64,000 bases of DNA from Octopus sinensis (Eukaryota). Below are positions 1-13,523 of this stretch, in pieces; positions within the stretch are counted from its first letter, which is position 1, and every line of letters begins with the position of its first letter. The stretch lies in NCBI RefSeq assembly GCF_006345805.1, contig NC_043015.1, forward strand, positions 25,048,001 to 25,112,000, written 5' to 3'. A program made the position numbers and the translations under genes. The notes under the pieces were generated by a model. It was not told the origin of the DNA. It searched no databases and worked only from the letters and a program-made list of their open reading frames with translations.

Positions 1-899
1 TATTCATGTATTAAGTATTTTATGCCTCATTTCTATTAATAAAAAGATTTGACATACACATGAAATAGGAACAAGAACAACAACAGCAGCAACAATAATT
101 ATTTCAAAACGAGTGGAAGTGTTAGTAGGTTAAAGCAGTTAGATGCATTCTGGGTAATGTCAAATATGAAATGATTTCTGCTGCATCGCACAATTTCAAT
201 ATTTCAAAGTTACTTCATTAATTTTCAGTTTGAAACCCATAACAATTCCCAGTAAAAATACGTGATCGAAATGTAAATGTATTTAAATATATTTATGCAT
301 TTAAATTTAGAGCATTTCAGAGCAAAATAGTTTGGAGCAAGGAAAAGAAAGAAGATGAAACAAAAGTTAATTTTTTTTTTAAATACTGTTTCTGATCTTC
401 CTTCTTAATTTATATGGATTATTGTATTTCAGCATATATGTGTATGTACAGTTTTTTGCATGAATGTACACACACACACACACACACACAATCACATCAC
501 ATATATGGAGAAATTTAAAATATTTACAATGTAAGAATATATACCTACAAAGACACTGATATGCACATACATGTAATATACATACATATACACATGCACA
601 CACACACATTTATATATATATATATATACATTTGTTTGTATGTGTGTATATGTGTGAGTGTATCTTAAGTGATACTTGATGACTACTGGCACCAGTGTCA
701 CTTAAAAAGCATCCAGTACACTCTGTAGAATGGTTGGCATTAGGAAGAGCATCTAGCAATAGGGACCATGCCAAAAAAACATTGGAGCAAGGTGCAGTCC
801 TCTGGCTTGCCAGCTGTTATCAAACTGTCAAATACAGGAAAATGGTGGTTAAATAGTGATGATGATGATGATGCATTTGCACGCACACACGTGCACGCA

Positions 900-945
<46 letters not shown>

Positions 946-1104
946 AATTGAGGCTTCAATATTTTGAAACAGTAGCATTGGATAAATAGGAGTTAGCTTA
1001 CAAACACACATAAAACATATAAAAATGGAGCGAACTGATTATAATGGGTGGTGTAGAATAATCAAATATGAAGGATTAAAATGCAGTGGAACAGAAATAC
1101 ATTG

Positions 1105-2300
1105 CAAATCATCATCATCATCATCATTTAGCGTCTGTTGTTCGTACTGGCATGGGTTGGACAGTCTAACCAGGGCTGGTAAGCTGGAAGGCTGCACCAG
1201 ACTCCAGTCTGATTTGGCATGGTTTCTATGACTGGATTCCCTTCTTAATGCTTGCCACTCCAAGAGCGTAATGGATGCTTTTATATGCCACCAACACAGG
1301 TACCATTTGCATAACACCAGTATCTACCATGACTGCAATTTTACTCAGCTTGATGGATCTTCTTTTCAAGCATGACATAATGCCAAAAGTCCTGGGTATT
1401 GCCTCTGTGAGGCCCAACACTTGAAAGGAGCTCTTCACATGCCACTGCCATCAGCCACTTTTCCTGCATGAGACTCAACACTCAAAAGCTGCTTTTTACA
1501 TGCCACCAGCAGGAGTGTCAGTTATGTGATGCCAGCACCAGCCATGACTGTGATTTCACTTGGCTTGATGGTTCTTCTCAAGCACAGCATATCTCCAAAG
1601 GCCTCGTGTCACTAGTCATTGCCTCTGTGAAGTCCAAAGTTCAAAAATCATGCTTCACCACCTTGTCCCATATCTTCCTGGGTCTACCTCTACCACAGGT
1701 TCCCCCCCACATTAAGGATCAGCACTTCTTTACACAGCTGTCCTCATCCATACACATCGCATGACCATACCAGCACAGTCATCTCTCTTGCATATCACAT
1801 CTGATGCCACTTATGCCTCACTTTTCTTTCAAGATGCTTACACTCTGTCAAGCATGCAAACTGACATTGCACATCCAGCAAAGCATACAGGCTTCATTTG
1901 TTTCAAGTTTATACATGTCCTCAGCTGTCACAGCCCACAGGCATCATACAATCTGCTTTCACTCTGAGAGAGAGGCCCTTTGTTGCCAGCAGAGGTAGGA
2001 GCACTTTGAACTTTGCCCAACCTAATCTTATTCTCACAGGTATGTTCTTGGAGCATCCACCTCCACTACTGACTTGGTCACCTCGATAATGAAAGCTATC
2101 TGCTACCTATAGATTACCCTCCTGGCATTTGATGGAGTCTATTTCCTGTACATTTTCAGTATTTATTGTACCTGTGCATCTTCCACATACAAAAGCTAGT
2201 TTCCCTGTTAACCTTCCTCTAATGTTGCCACACCTATTATGTGTCCATAGTTTACACCAGGTATGGAGTTTCTACCTACAGAGATACAGATCGAGCAGGG
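1105..2300 (-). mobile_element. RTE-clade LINE 3' fragment with 3' UTR and (GAT)n tail
   Basis: Minus strand gives LGDQVSSGGGCSKNIPVRIRLGWAKFKVLLPLL and GTCGRGRPRKIWDKVVK, typical of the RTE RT C-terminus; stops and frameshifts present. Confidence 0.85.
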
Positions 2301-2402
2301 CTTTCTGCCAGAAGGGATTTGTGTTTTATCTGCCTTCCTACTTACTAAAGACTTTGTTTTTTGTTAGCAAAAGTATATATATATATTTTGAAAGGTGTAA
2401 TG

Positions 2403-2521
2403 AATAAATGCTCCAGTCAGTCAAAACCACTTTATATCATTCCCAAATTATCAAAAATCGAATATAAATATATATTGAAACAATAGGGCACCCAATAGTA
2501 AAACCGACTGGAGCATTTATT
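2403..2521. repeat. Inverted repeat: 16-bp perfect core, degenerate extension
   Basis: AATAAATGCTCCAGTC (2403-2418) / GACTGGAGCATTTATT (2506-2521). Confidence 0.8.
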
Positions 2522-5159
2522 TATCATACCTTTTGATTTATTTCTCCTTTTGCCTCACAGTGTCACCTGAGCATTTCCAGCTGGTGTCTTATTTTTATTT
2601 TTGTTCTTCAGTTTAATGAAACTACATTTTGGTTTAATGAAGTTATGAAATCATCCTCTTAAATATGTGTGTGTGTATAGATATAGATATATTTACATTG
2701 TGGAGGAAAAAGAAACAACTGTAAATCAAGGTATTGTACAAGAAGCAGAACACCTGTAAGAGCAAATTGATTATTTTAATGGTTGAAAAGTATTTGAAAA
2801 GATTGTCTCTAAAGACCCAAAGTTAGAACAAGGTACAGTACATAATAAATTAACATTATCATTTATTCCAAGAAAATTGGATATTATGATGTAAATAGTA
2901 GAGAATATTAGCTTTTGTTACCATATTCCAGTTGAAATACACAGACCTTGTTCCTGTTAATTTTGAAAATTATGAAGAATTTAGTGAAATAACATTACTA
3001 TTAAGCTGATGCTTGGAATGAAAGGTTTGAATTTCAATTACTTTAAAAATGGAAGTTTGGATTTAGAAGCAGAAGCAGTTTCTGGTAGGTCTGTATCAAA
3101 AGGAGTTTTAAAATATTTGTCTTGTAAGAGTTATTTGTTCATAAAATATTGGCTAAAAATGGTTTTAGAACATTATGAAGGAAGGTAAGAAATTGAAAAC
3201 AACTTTTAAAAATGATTGATATTGTATATTTTAAAATAATGTAACTTCTATTCCTGTGAGAGCAACACAATAATAACCAGTATGTGTAATGAGTAAAAAA
3301 ATGTACTAAATATTGATATTCTATATTTCAAAATATTTAATTTAGATGAAAATAAATTGACTGTACAGCAAACAATATTGCTGAGAATTTATTTCATGAT
3401 TAAACATAAATTCATTGAATCATTTAAAAAGGAAAATATGAATGGCAAGGAAGATAAATATTTGGGGAAACCTAATTGTAGTTTCTTCTATAGAAACCAC
3501 AGTAAAACAAAAAATAAAGCAATACCTGAAGCTGTCAAAAAATTTAAAGTACACTAGTAATCGAATACATCATCATCATTGTCATCATCATCATAATCCG
3601 AGTTATCATCATCTACCATCAGTCTTTCCTAGATGATTCTAGAGAATTCAATGAGCTGGAGGCTTAGACAGAATTTCAGTGTCTGCTTTGGTATAGTTTT
3701 TATAGCTGGATGCTGATGCCAGCCACTGTACAGAGTGTACTGGATGATAAATAACTATATGAGTAATAATTAGCCCTCCTTTTCTCATTCCTCCTCCTCA
3801 TCATCATCAAACATCTGTTTTTCCATGCTGGTAGGGGTGGGACAATTTGACAAGATCTACTGAACTGGAGGGTTGCACTAAGTTCCAATGGTTTCTAAAT
3901 CTAGATGCCATTACTAATGCCAACCACTTTACAAAGGGTGGACTGGGTGCTATTTTCATGGTAGTAGCACTAATGCCATGAAATGAATGCATATTTGTAA
4001 AACAGCTGGCATTTGGCTGTGGAGTCTGACTAAAAACTCAGAGAAACATTTGTAACACAAATCAAGTTGTAAGGGATATAAAGGCCTATCTGAAATAACA
4101 ATTTCTAGGTAAATACTTCAATTATTGTTGAAGGAAAAAAATAAACAACTTAGTTAGAAATCAAGCTAGTAAAACCCTTTGTGGTAAGTTAAGTAAAATG
4201 ATTAAAGTTAGAAAAATAACCATAATTTGTAGGGAAAGTTTTCCAGAATTGGTAAATGAAATTATGTATGTATTTCATATTGGCAACTTTTGAAAATATG
4301 AGAAAAAACACAAACAAATGTAATTTAAATAAACAAAGTGCAGCCTCTGATATGTGCTTAATGGTAATTCAGGATTTTGATAGTGAAGAAAAAACCAAAG
4401 TTGTTCTTAAACTAAAAATCGTTACTGTTTATGGAATGATGAAAATTTCAGTCTCAGTTTTGGCAGAACTAATTCTGTGTGAATAAACTATTCTATAATA
4501 ATGAAATGTTGCTGAGGAAAACTTTTGTTTTGAGTAATGTGTGAACGTTAAAAGGGAAAAATTATAGGGTATAGGTTATAGATCATAAGCAAAATATTTA
4601 CGAAAATAGAAAAATTTCATGTTGTTCAATTTGATTAAATGAAATAATAAAAATAGAATCTTTGTAAAAGATATAAAAAGAAGTAGGAAATGGTAATGCA
4701 ACAGTTTTATCTTCTGATTGCAGAAATCCATGGATGGAGTAGGTAGAATATATAAGAAAAAATGTAAATACAGCAAAATTTCATAGACAAGTATATATAA
4801 ATATACGATTTCAGATATAAACAAATATGCACGTATAAAATACATTTATATCTACATACACAAAGCATACACACTCACATGCATGTATATATCTATGCGT
4901 ATAGTTCTGTGTGTGTATATATATATATATATATGTACATATATATATACATATATATATATGTATATATATATACGTGTATATATATATATGCATATAT
5001 ATATATACGTGTATATATAGATATGTACATATATATATATATATATCACATAATCACGTAACCGACCAGACCATCAGATGTTGTTACACATCGCTGGTCA
5101 CAATGCGTTCGCATTGTTTTAGCCTTCGAATGACGCCACCCCGCTGGCTAAGCAAGCAG

Positions 5160-5195
<36 letters not shown>

Positions 5196-5220
5196 TATAT
5201 GTGTGTGTGTGTGTGTGCAT

Positions 5221-5525
5221 GTATATATATGGTAGTTGTCTACTCGTTATGCAGACTTTGACCACCTCCTGTACTTGCACCTTAGAAACATCATGGTGTC
5301 TGATATGGCTTTTTAAACCAGACAATGTTTTGAATAGACACCCACATAGATTGCATATTCAATTTGGACAACCAAGAGCTGCAGATAAGTTCTGGTCTTT
5401 GTGGATCTTAAAATGTCTTTTGAGGCTTCTGTTAGATTTGCAAACCTTCTGGCATACATTGCATTCAAACGTGTGTGCGTATGTGTATATATATTCACAT
5501 GCACACATAACACCAGCATATGTAT

Positions 5526-5558
<33 letters not shown>

Positions 5559-5700
5559 AACACACACACACACCAGCACACAAATACAAAGTGAATTAGG
5601 AAACTTAATAGAGTCTAGGTTAAAATGCTTTGTAGTGCAAGCTTGAAATTTCGTTCTGCTTTCGAATTCTTCCAAAGTCAACTTAGCTGTTTTTCTTGCA
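5221..5700 (-). mobile_element. LINE 3' end (RTE-X-like) with two tandem C2H2 zinc fingers, pseudogenised
   Basis: In one frame: FECNVCQKVCKSNRSLKRHFKIH (5463-5401), linker, TGA (5361-5359), then CNLCGCLFKTLSGLKSHIRHH (5355-5293). Ends in a (TA)n tract; a microsatellite interrupts it upstream. Confidence 0.55.
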
Positions 5701-6162
5701 GGCCAACAACAACAACAACAACATATTGTTGCATAACAAGATTCTATTCTTCTTTTTTTCGCTCTCTTTTTCTCTTACATTTTCACTCTTAATCAGGAAG
5801 AAATCAATTGGGGACAAATTTGGAAAGCAATGTTTCATTCCAGGTTTAAATACCCAGCATGCACCATAGTCAGAATGTTTTCATGTTCACTCAAACACTC
5901 ATATGATGTCAACAATATACAATTCTTATTGGTAAGAATAAAGTTTTTAAAATGGAGGGAGAATTTCAAAGGATTGAAGGATTGCTTTACTCTAATGATA
6001 GAACACATGCCAGGTCCCCTGAAAATATGGATTCCAGTCCCATGGGCAGTGTTTTACTTTTTCTATACAAAAGCTTTTTCCAATCCAATATCTATAGCAT
6101 ATTATTTACAGCCTTATGTCATGTGCTTCAAGTGCCACTGTTCTTAAAGATACTATATGTAG

Positions 6163-6192
<30 letters not shown>

Positions 6193-6195
<3 letters not shown>

Positions 6196-6304
6196 GGTTT
6201 AAGAGACAGAATCACCCTCAAGCAACTCAATCATCATTGAACAACTATAATGTCGTTCAATGATGATTGAGTTTCTTCAGGGTGATTCTGTCTCTTAAAC
6301 CTAT
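6193..6304. repeat. Near-perfect palindrome, 53-bp arms
   Basis: 6193-6245 vs 6252-6304: 3 mismatches, 6-nt loop TATAAT. Flanked by (CA)n on the left and (TATC)/(TA)n on the right. Confidence 0.95.
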
Positions 6305-7189
6305 CTATCTATATATATATATATATATATGTGTATATAATACAGTAATTCCTTTTAGTACCACTAAATTAAACTTCTCTCCCCTACGAACTCGGAAATA
6401 ACTTCTCTAATATTAATATTAAATATATATATATATATATATACCACACACAACCAGCTTCTACACTGTTTCCATGTACCAAATTTACACACAAAGCATT
6501 GGTCACCCTTTGGCTATAATAGAAGTCACAGTCCAAGGTGGAACACAGTGGGGGGGGGGGGTTTCAAATCCACATGGTTGAAATGCAAGCTTCTTAAGCA
6601 CATAGCCATGACTACACCCACGTACAACTGTTTCTAAACCATTTTTTGTTTGTGTTTTATTCTTGTTTGATTATTCTACTTCAGTCTTGAGACCTAAATC
6701 TCTGGATTCTTTATTCTACAACCTATTTTCATTTTCCTGAAGATGTTAGAAATGTCTGCTCTTGCAATATTACAAAGTCACAATCATATTCTTCAAGTAA
6801 TTGTTTAACAATAAATTCTTTCTACTATTTTTTCTTACTCTTTACATAAACTTAATATTTTATAACAAAAAAAGTACAAAAAGTTTACAAAAGCTCTCTG
6901 TATTGAATTATTTATGTCCTTCAAATAAATTTCTAAAACAAATTTTAGGGAATTTTTTTCATAAAACTCAGACATTGGTCCCTATATAGACTTAATAATA
7001 CAAACATGTGTGTGTGTGTGTGTGTGTGTGTATAAGTGCATGTACACATATATAAACACATATATACATACATATATGTATACACACTCATACTTACATA
7101 CATATGTGCACACTCATAGCAGGCCACAGTCTGCTAGCTAGACTTAACAGAAATAAAACTTAATAGAAATAGGTGCCTAATCCCCATCA

Positions 7190-7998
7190 AATTATATCTT
7201 ACTGATTCATATGTATATACAAATATATATTTGAAGGCAAATAGGGACACAAAAATATCTCGAAATACTGAAGAGTAAATTTATTCAATAAAATCATCCT
7301 TGGTTTCAACCATGACCACCAGATAACTAATATCTCCTGCAACTCTTCTGGATGGTCTCCTACTTTAAGTTGGTGAATGCTGCCATAATCCTTGCCTTCA
7401 CTTACAAGGTGTTTTGTTGATTTCTCACACAACTATACCCAACACATAATAATCAAGGGGGTTACAGTCTGTGGAGTTAGATAGCCAGATGCTAGGGGTG
7501 ATATGGTCGCAAAAATTGTCTGACAGCCATGACTGGGTTCTTCTGCTTTTGTGGCATTATGCAGAATCCTGTTGCTAGATATAGGGTCTTCCAGCACCCA
7601 CCCTCTTGACCCAGGACCTCCTCTAGGCACTTGATGTAGGCCTCTGTATTGAGTCTGAGGCCATGTGAGAAGATAAATGAAGGCATAATGTCACCATCAC
7701 TAGTGATCATTCTAAACACTTTGATGTTTGATTTTTATCACTCTTGGTACATGTCCTCAGATTGACACCAAAACACCCTGAAATATTAGTTTTGGAGCTT
7801 CTGGTGCAAATACCAAGCAGTACAGCATGTTGTTTCCAAATTTCTGGCAGAGTGAATTGCATCATGGTGCTATTTTTCTCACAGACGGTGCCCAACTGAC
7901 TCTACTATGCAGTGTAGTTGACAAAATCAAAAACAAATAATGCATGTTAATGAAATTAAACATATAAAATGGCAACAATTTACCCATCACACCCTGTA
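7190..7998 (-). mobile_element. maT (DD37D) Tc1/mariner transposase remnant
   Basis: Minus strand: ITSDGDIMPSFIFSHGLRLNTEAYIKCLEEV and QQDSA*CHKSRRTQSWLSDNFCDHITPSIWLSNSTDCNPLDY. Catalytic D codons at 7568-7566 and 7454-7452 are separated by 37 residues. TA-CAGGGTG terminus at about 7998. Confidence 0.88.
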
Positions 7999-8039
7999 TA
8001 TCATTAGTGATAATGCATGTTCACTCTTTATGTTTTTCT

Positions 8040-8085
<46 letters not shown>

Positions 8086-10659
8086 GCATATATATATATA
8101 TGCATGATTAGAACAACATGTCTTATAATATACAACAGGCTTGCACACAGTCTTCATCTGCCAAATTCCTTACACAGCTTTGGCCAGTATCTGTGCATAG
8201 TAGAAGACATAGTAGAAGACACAGTGGGACTGAATCCCAGACCATTTGGTTGCAAAGCAATCTTAACCACAAAGCCCTTCCTACTTGAACTATTAGAACC
8301 AGATGCAATGTCTGATACAGTCCCAACAATGTATTCCAGGCTGTTGTTTTATTTTTTTTTTGTCTTTTTGTTTGTTAGAATATCCATGGTTGATTAGTGT
8401 TTGTTTCATTTTAGTCCTAAGTTTTCCTTATCAAGTGATTCCTTTTTGAAGGTATTCTAATCTTCCATGCAATGATTCTACAACTGACATTTTGTATATG
8501 TGTGGACATACATTATCTCTCTATATATGTATTTGCATTCATCTGGGTCTTTCCTGTGAGCAGACATGAAGTACACGTTTCCTGCCTATTCTGAATATAT
8601 GGTTATTAAAACCAGAGTGGTTGTATTGCAAAGAATATTTCTATTCTCATTAGAACTTGAGATTCAGTAATGTTTACTGGTGAATTCATTTAAATGAGTG
8701 TATCATATACATACTTGGTAAATATATAATGCCTTAAAAATGCTTTTTGCTAGAAATAACTATAGTTTAATACCTCCTTCAAGTAAGGGGGTACCAAATG
8801 TTTGTGGTAAACCATTCCTACAAAAACAAAGTAATAATCCTTTTGTTACCATTTTTATGTGAGTCTTTCAATTATTTTCAAAAAGGAATTGTCATTCTTA
8901 TGTTGGTGACATAAGTATGGGCTTCAGCACTGTAACAGCACATCACTGCTGCCACACTTTGTTGGTGATTCCCTACTGTTCCTGGTAAATGAAACCTTTG
9001 CCTCACTAAGGTGACAACCCTCCATGGGTATGTTTGGGTAGACATTGCTGGTGAGGCTTTCATGAACCTCTTTTAGTTACCTTTTTGCATGACACAAAGG
9101 AAATGGGTCTATTCTTTGACAAGCTGGTCACCACACAGCAAATTATGTTGAAGAATGGAACAAACTTCTATGAAATTTTGATGGATGGTTTTTACGTCAC
9201 TTTAAAACCGTGAATTTGAATCATTAGGCCTAGGGTAGTCACAGGTAGGTTGGTGTCAAAAGGGTTGATGTTTGATGCAATAGTCATAGTACCACTTGAT
9301 GCCAAAATAATTGCAGAAAACCAGAACTGATGAGCTGCTATTGATCTGTTAATTAGTGTATTTGTTTCTTAGATGGCTTGAATCTACCAATATTACAAAA
9401 GAAACGGAGTCTTAAAATTGTGTCTTCCTGTTGTTTGAGTACCACTAAAGGCTTTTAGAAATGAAAAATATAAAAAAACAAATAAACAGTAACATAAAAA
9501 CAAGCAATCTTAAAGAATAGTTTTTGCTCTTTATTACATAAAATTTTCACATAAACATTTAAAGAAGGAATGATTCCATGGAAATATTTTAGTGTGAGAA
9601 AACTGTCAACAGTTTTAGAAACAGGTAAATATGATTATAGCTGCAAGTCAAGAAATATAGAAATTAGATAAGTAAAGGAAAAGAAAAAATGCAAGAATAT
9701 ACATCCCTACCAAAAGGCAAAAAAAAAAATCTCAAGAGTATATAACACCTGTAAGATATTATTCCAAAAGATCTGATTATCTGATGGGGAAATCACCAAG
9801 AGAATTGAAGAATAGGGAAAATATTGATATTCCAATGTGATGGTTAAGTATTTCACTTTGGTTAAGCATGGAGTGCTTCTCCATGCTGAACAAACACAAT
9901 GTATGCTCAATATGGCATCACACGGGGAAATACCTTGACAAACAGCAATGATAATGATGATGTTGACAATGATAATCATGATGTTGGTGATGATGATGAT
10001 GATGATGCAGAACCATTATTCTGAAAGATAAGTAGTAAACTCATCCATAATTGATCAGCGAGTTTTCATTTTCAATTATTTCAGTAGATTTTTACATTAG
10101 TTTAATTCCAGTTATTGGGTTTAGTTTTTATTGCTAGCATACTCCACACACACACACACATACACTTGCACACTAACACACACACACACACACACACACA
10201 TACACACACACACTAGCACAAACATGCAAGCACACACTAACACACATAATACACACTTTCACACACATACACACTCACATGCACACACACACTTACACAT
10301 GCACATACAAATGCAAACATACAATTCTGCACCATATTCACATACTATTAAAACACACATGCATGCATATATAAACATACAAGAGAGATGCATTTAAGCA
10401 CACACACACACACACCCTAACCCTAATCCTAACACAAACATTCAAGCACACATTAACACACATACATACACACTCGTACACTAACACAAACATACACACT
10501 TTCACACACACACATACACACTCACATGCACACACACACTTACACACACATACATATGCAAACATACCATTCTGTGCCATATTCACACACTATTAAAACA
10601 CACATGCATGCATATATAAGCATACTAGCTGAAGGTGACCCGCTCTACGCGCGGGTAAG

Positions 10660-10999
10660 GGTGTGGTTGTTACTTTCTGTTGCTTCCTTTCAGCACATAA
10701 AAAGCACCATCCGAACATGGCCGATTGCAGCGCCGCCTTGACTTGCTTCTGTGCTGGTGGCACGTAAAAAGCACCAACCGATCGTTGCCGCAGCGATCCC
10801 CCCTGGCACCTGTGCCGGTGGCACGAAAAAAGCACCCACTACACTCACAGAGTGGTTGGAGTTAGGAAGGTCATCCACCTTTAGAAACACTGCCAGATCA
10901 GACTGGAGCCTGGAGAAGCCTCCTGGCTTCCCAGACCCCGGTCACACTGTCCAACCCGTGCTAGCACGGAAAACGGACGTTAAACGATGATGATGATGA
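10660..10999 (+). mobile_element. Young SINE/RTE-tail copy nested in the Helitron
   Basis: Internal repeats GGTGGCACGTAAAAAGCACC, RTE-type 3' tail and (GAT)n end; CpGs largely retained. Confidence 0.75.
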
Positions 11000-11819
11000 T
11001 GATTCTCCGTCTTTGTTTCTCTCTCCTTTCTCTCTCACTTTCCCACTCTCTTACTTTTCTTTTCTCTCGGACTCTCCCTCGCTTTCTCTTACTCTCTATC
11101 TTTATCTATCTCTCTCCCATTTATAAACAACAGAAGATCTTGAGTAAGTTGAGAAATAAAATATTTAGAAAGATCAATCATAAATATCAGGCAGTGGCAA
11201 CGGAAAGGTCTGCTTCAAGGCAGACAGCAAAACGCTAACATTTAAAAGGGACACACGAACTTGCGAGCTGAATAAAAATAATAAAATATTGGAAACTAAA
11301 GTTTGAAGGGATAGAATGTGAGGATAGTAGAGTCACCATGGCTGGCATTTCTTAACGACGGACAGCAATGTATTGACAGTTTAATGGCTGGCGTAATATT
11401 TTGAACTTGATGTAAAAGAAAATTCGTAAACACCAATTTTTGAAGTGATTCTTTCTCACGACAGTAGACTCACCATGGCAAGCATTCAAAACTTCTTTAT
11501 CATGGATGGCAACACATTGACGATTAAAAGGCTGGTGCAAATTTTTTAGCTCGATGTAACAGAATTCCTAAACACCCGCTCCTTGAAATTTTAATCCCCT
11601 TCCAGCCCCATTTAGACCCCTTTTCATATTTTGGTTAATATAACCCGATTTCATTCGGGTCTACTGGGGCCACATTTTTTAAAAGGTGAGGAATTTTGTC
11701 CTAGAGGTGACGCCTTTCATTTGAGGAAAAAAATAGTTGTCATGCAAACTTGCCAGCACTTTTAACATAGGTGTGCATATTTTCAGCTGAATCGACCGAC
11801 TACATAATGCACACATTAA

Positions 11820-11853
<34 letters not shown>

Positions 11854-12347
11854 GTGTGTGTATGTGTGTGTGTGCATGCATTATATATACAAATGTATAC
11901 AAATGAGATATATATCTGTATAAATTAAATTAGAGATAAAACTACTAATAGGCAAATCAAACAGTGAAAAACCAAAAACAAATACATAAAAAAAAATATA
12001 ATATTGAAAATATATAAAATATAAAATAGAAAAATTTAAATTATTTAAATTGAAAATAAAAATTATTAAATTATATTTATAATTTGTTTAAAAATATATA
12101 TAACTATGAAAAAGTATGAAAAAGTTTGATATACATAAATACAGATATATACACTTTGTATATATATATTATATATACATATTTATATATAGAACACACA
12201 CACACACACATACATTATATATACATATTTATATATAGAACACACACACACACACATAAATGAACGCAAGAATATCTGATTCATAATATTTTTTCTAATG
12301 CTCGTGTGTTGTTGGTGACAGACAGATACTTAAAAGAACGCCGATGT

Positions 12348-12431
12348 GATGGGAAGGTACGAGACAGAGTGAGTGAAAAAGAGAGGATATTTCCTCTCTT
12401 TTTCACTCACTCTGTTTCCTACCTTCCCATC
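12348..12431. repeat. 84-nt hairpin inside the Helitron
   Basis: GATGGGAAGGTACGAGACAGAGTGAGTGAAAAAGAGAGGA / TCCTCTCTTTTTCACTCACTCTGTTTCCTACCTTCCCATC: about 40-bp arms, 2 mismatches, 4-nt loop. Confidence 0.9.
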
Positions 12432-13193
12432 TTCCGAGAGTGAATTTATGAAGACAGATACTTTAAATAACGTTAGTGGCATTGTGAAAGTTGTAAATGA
12501 AGAGGAGTGAGAGGGTAATGGAGGAAATAGCGTGAGTGAGGAAGATGGCCCCTAGCAACCACACCTTTTAAGCTAGGGATTTCTAAAGTAGCCCACGAGC
12601 ATCGTCACCTCATTCTACATGTCCCTGTAAATTTTGGAGCGAATCGGACGGGATGTAGTGGCATTGAAAGCGATCCAAGCGGTAAAAACGCATTTCAGTT
12701 TTATATATAGAGATGAGACAGATGCATTTAAACACACATACACACACACACACATATGAACGTGCACAGATGCAAAATTTAAATACAAACAGAAATGGGT
12801 TTTGCAAGTTCAAATTTCCCCATGCTTGTTCTGTTCATTTCTGCATCAAGTTTCTATTCCTGGAGGCCTTTGGAATCATTGAGACTCTTGATTATCTTTA
12901 ATATATACATTGGTATGATTGTGTGGTTTTTGGCTCAATCCAATCGTGTGTCATCTTGGAAAAGCATTTAGTGCAGTAATCCCTAGTTCACCAATGCCTT
13001 TGCAGTGTATTTGGTAGAAAGAAAACGTGAAGATGCCTTTTGTGAATGAGGAGTAGACAGACAGACAGACGACTACTGATGAAGGGTCATTCTTTGTATC
13101 ATTTCATCTTTTTTTCTCTCATTATTTGTGTATTTAACTCATTTGTTTTTATATTTCATGTTGTTTACTGCTGGTGATGTCCTGTACCCATAT

Positions 13194-13250
<57 letters not shown>

Positions 13251-13275
13251 ATGATGGTGATGACATGTATATACA

Positions 13276-13492
13276 CAAGGAGGTGCTTAAAAGTTCCTTG
13301 TCTTAAGTGAATCATGAAAGGCTTGATTGGAGGCCCAGCCTTCCAAGTTCTTTTACAAGGCTTAGGAAAACTGAAAGGGCCACTGCAATAAGTGTGTGAA
13401 TCTGAGAGGGAAATATGTTGATTAAAATCATAATTAACTGATCCTCTTGTATTCTCTTTCATCCAAAGCCAGGAACTTTACACCAACCCCTC

Positions 13493-13495
<3 letters not shown>
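13276..13495 (+). mobile_element. Mariner-derived MITE (internal deletion)
   Basis: Degenerate TIRs (GAGGTGCTTAAAAGTTCCTTG / CCAGGAACTTTACACCAACCCCTCATA) and the mariner C-terminus CNKCVNLRGKYVD* at 13384-13425. Confidence 0.65.

Positions 13496-13523
<28 letters not shown>

Larger units (their letters stand above)
10625..12713 (-). mobile_element. Non-autonomous Helitron with both termini (about 2.1 kb)
   Basis: Minus-strand 5' end TCTCTATATATAAAA at 12713. 3' end CTAG at 10628-10625, preceded by a GC hairpin ACCCGC/GCGGGT (10638-10656) 9 nt away. Inserted between A (12714) and T (10624) with no TSD. Rejoined flanks match an uninterrupted tandem copy at 10373-10397. Confidence 0.85.

Noticed and set aside
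8878-9230. Complex unique sequence with short open frames on both strands
   Set aside because: No frame is long, spliceable or recognisable.
11471-11549. Kozak-like CACCATGG with MASIQNFFIMDGNTLTIKRLVQIF
   Set aside because: Stops after 24 codons, has no good donor, and lies within the Helitron.
13070-13195. CTGATGAAGGG core-like sequence (related decayed copy near 27340, minus strand)
   Set aside because: No stem II closure or GAAA downstream, so a hammerhead cannot be folded.
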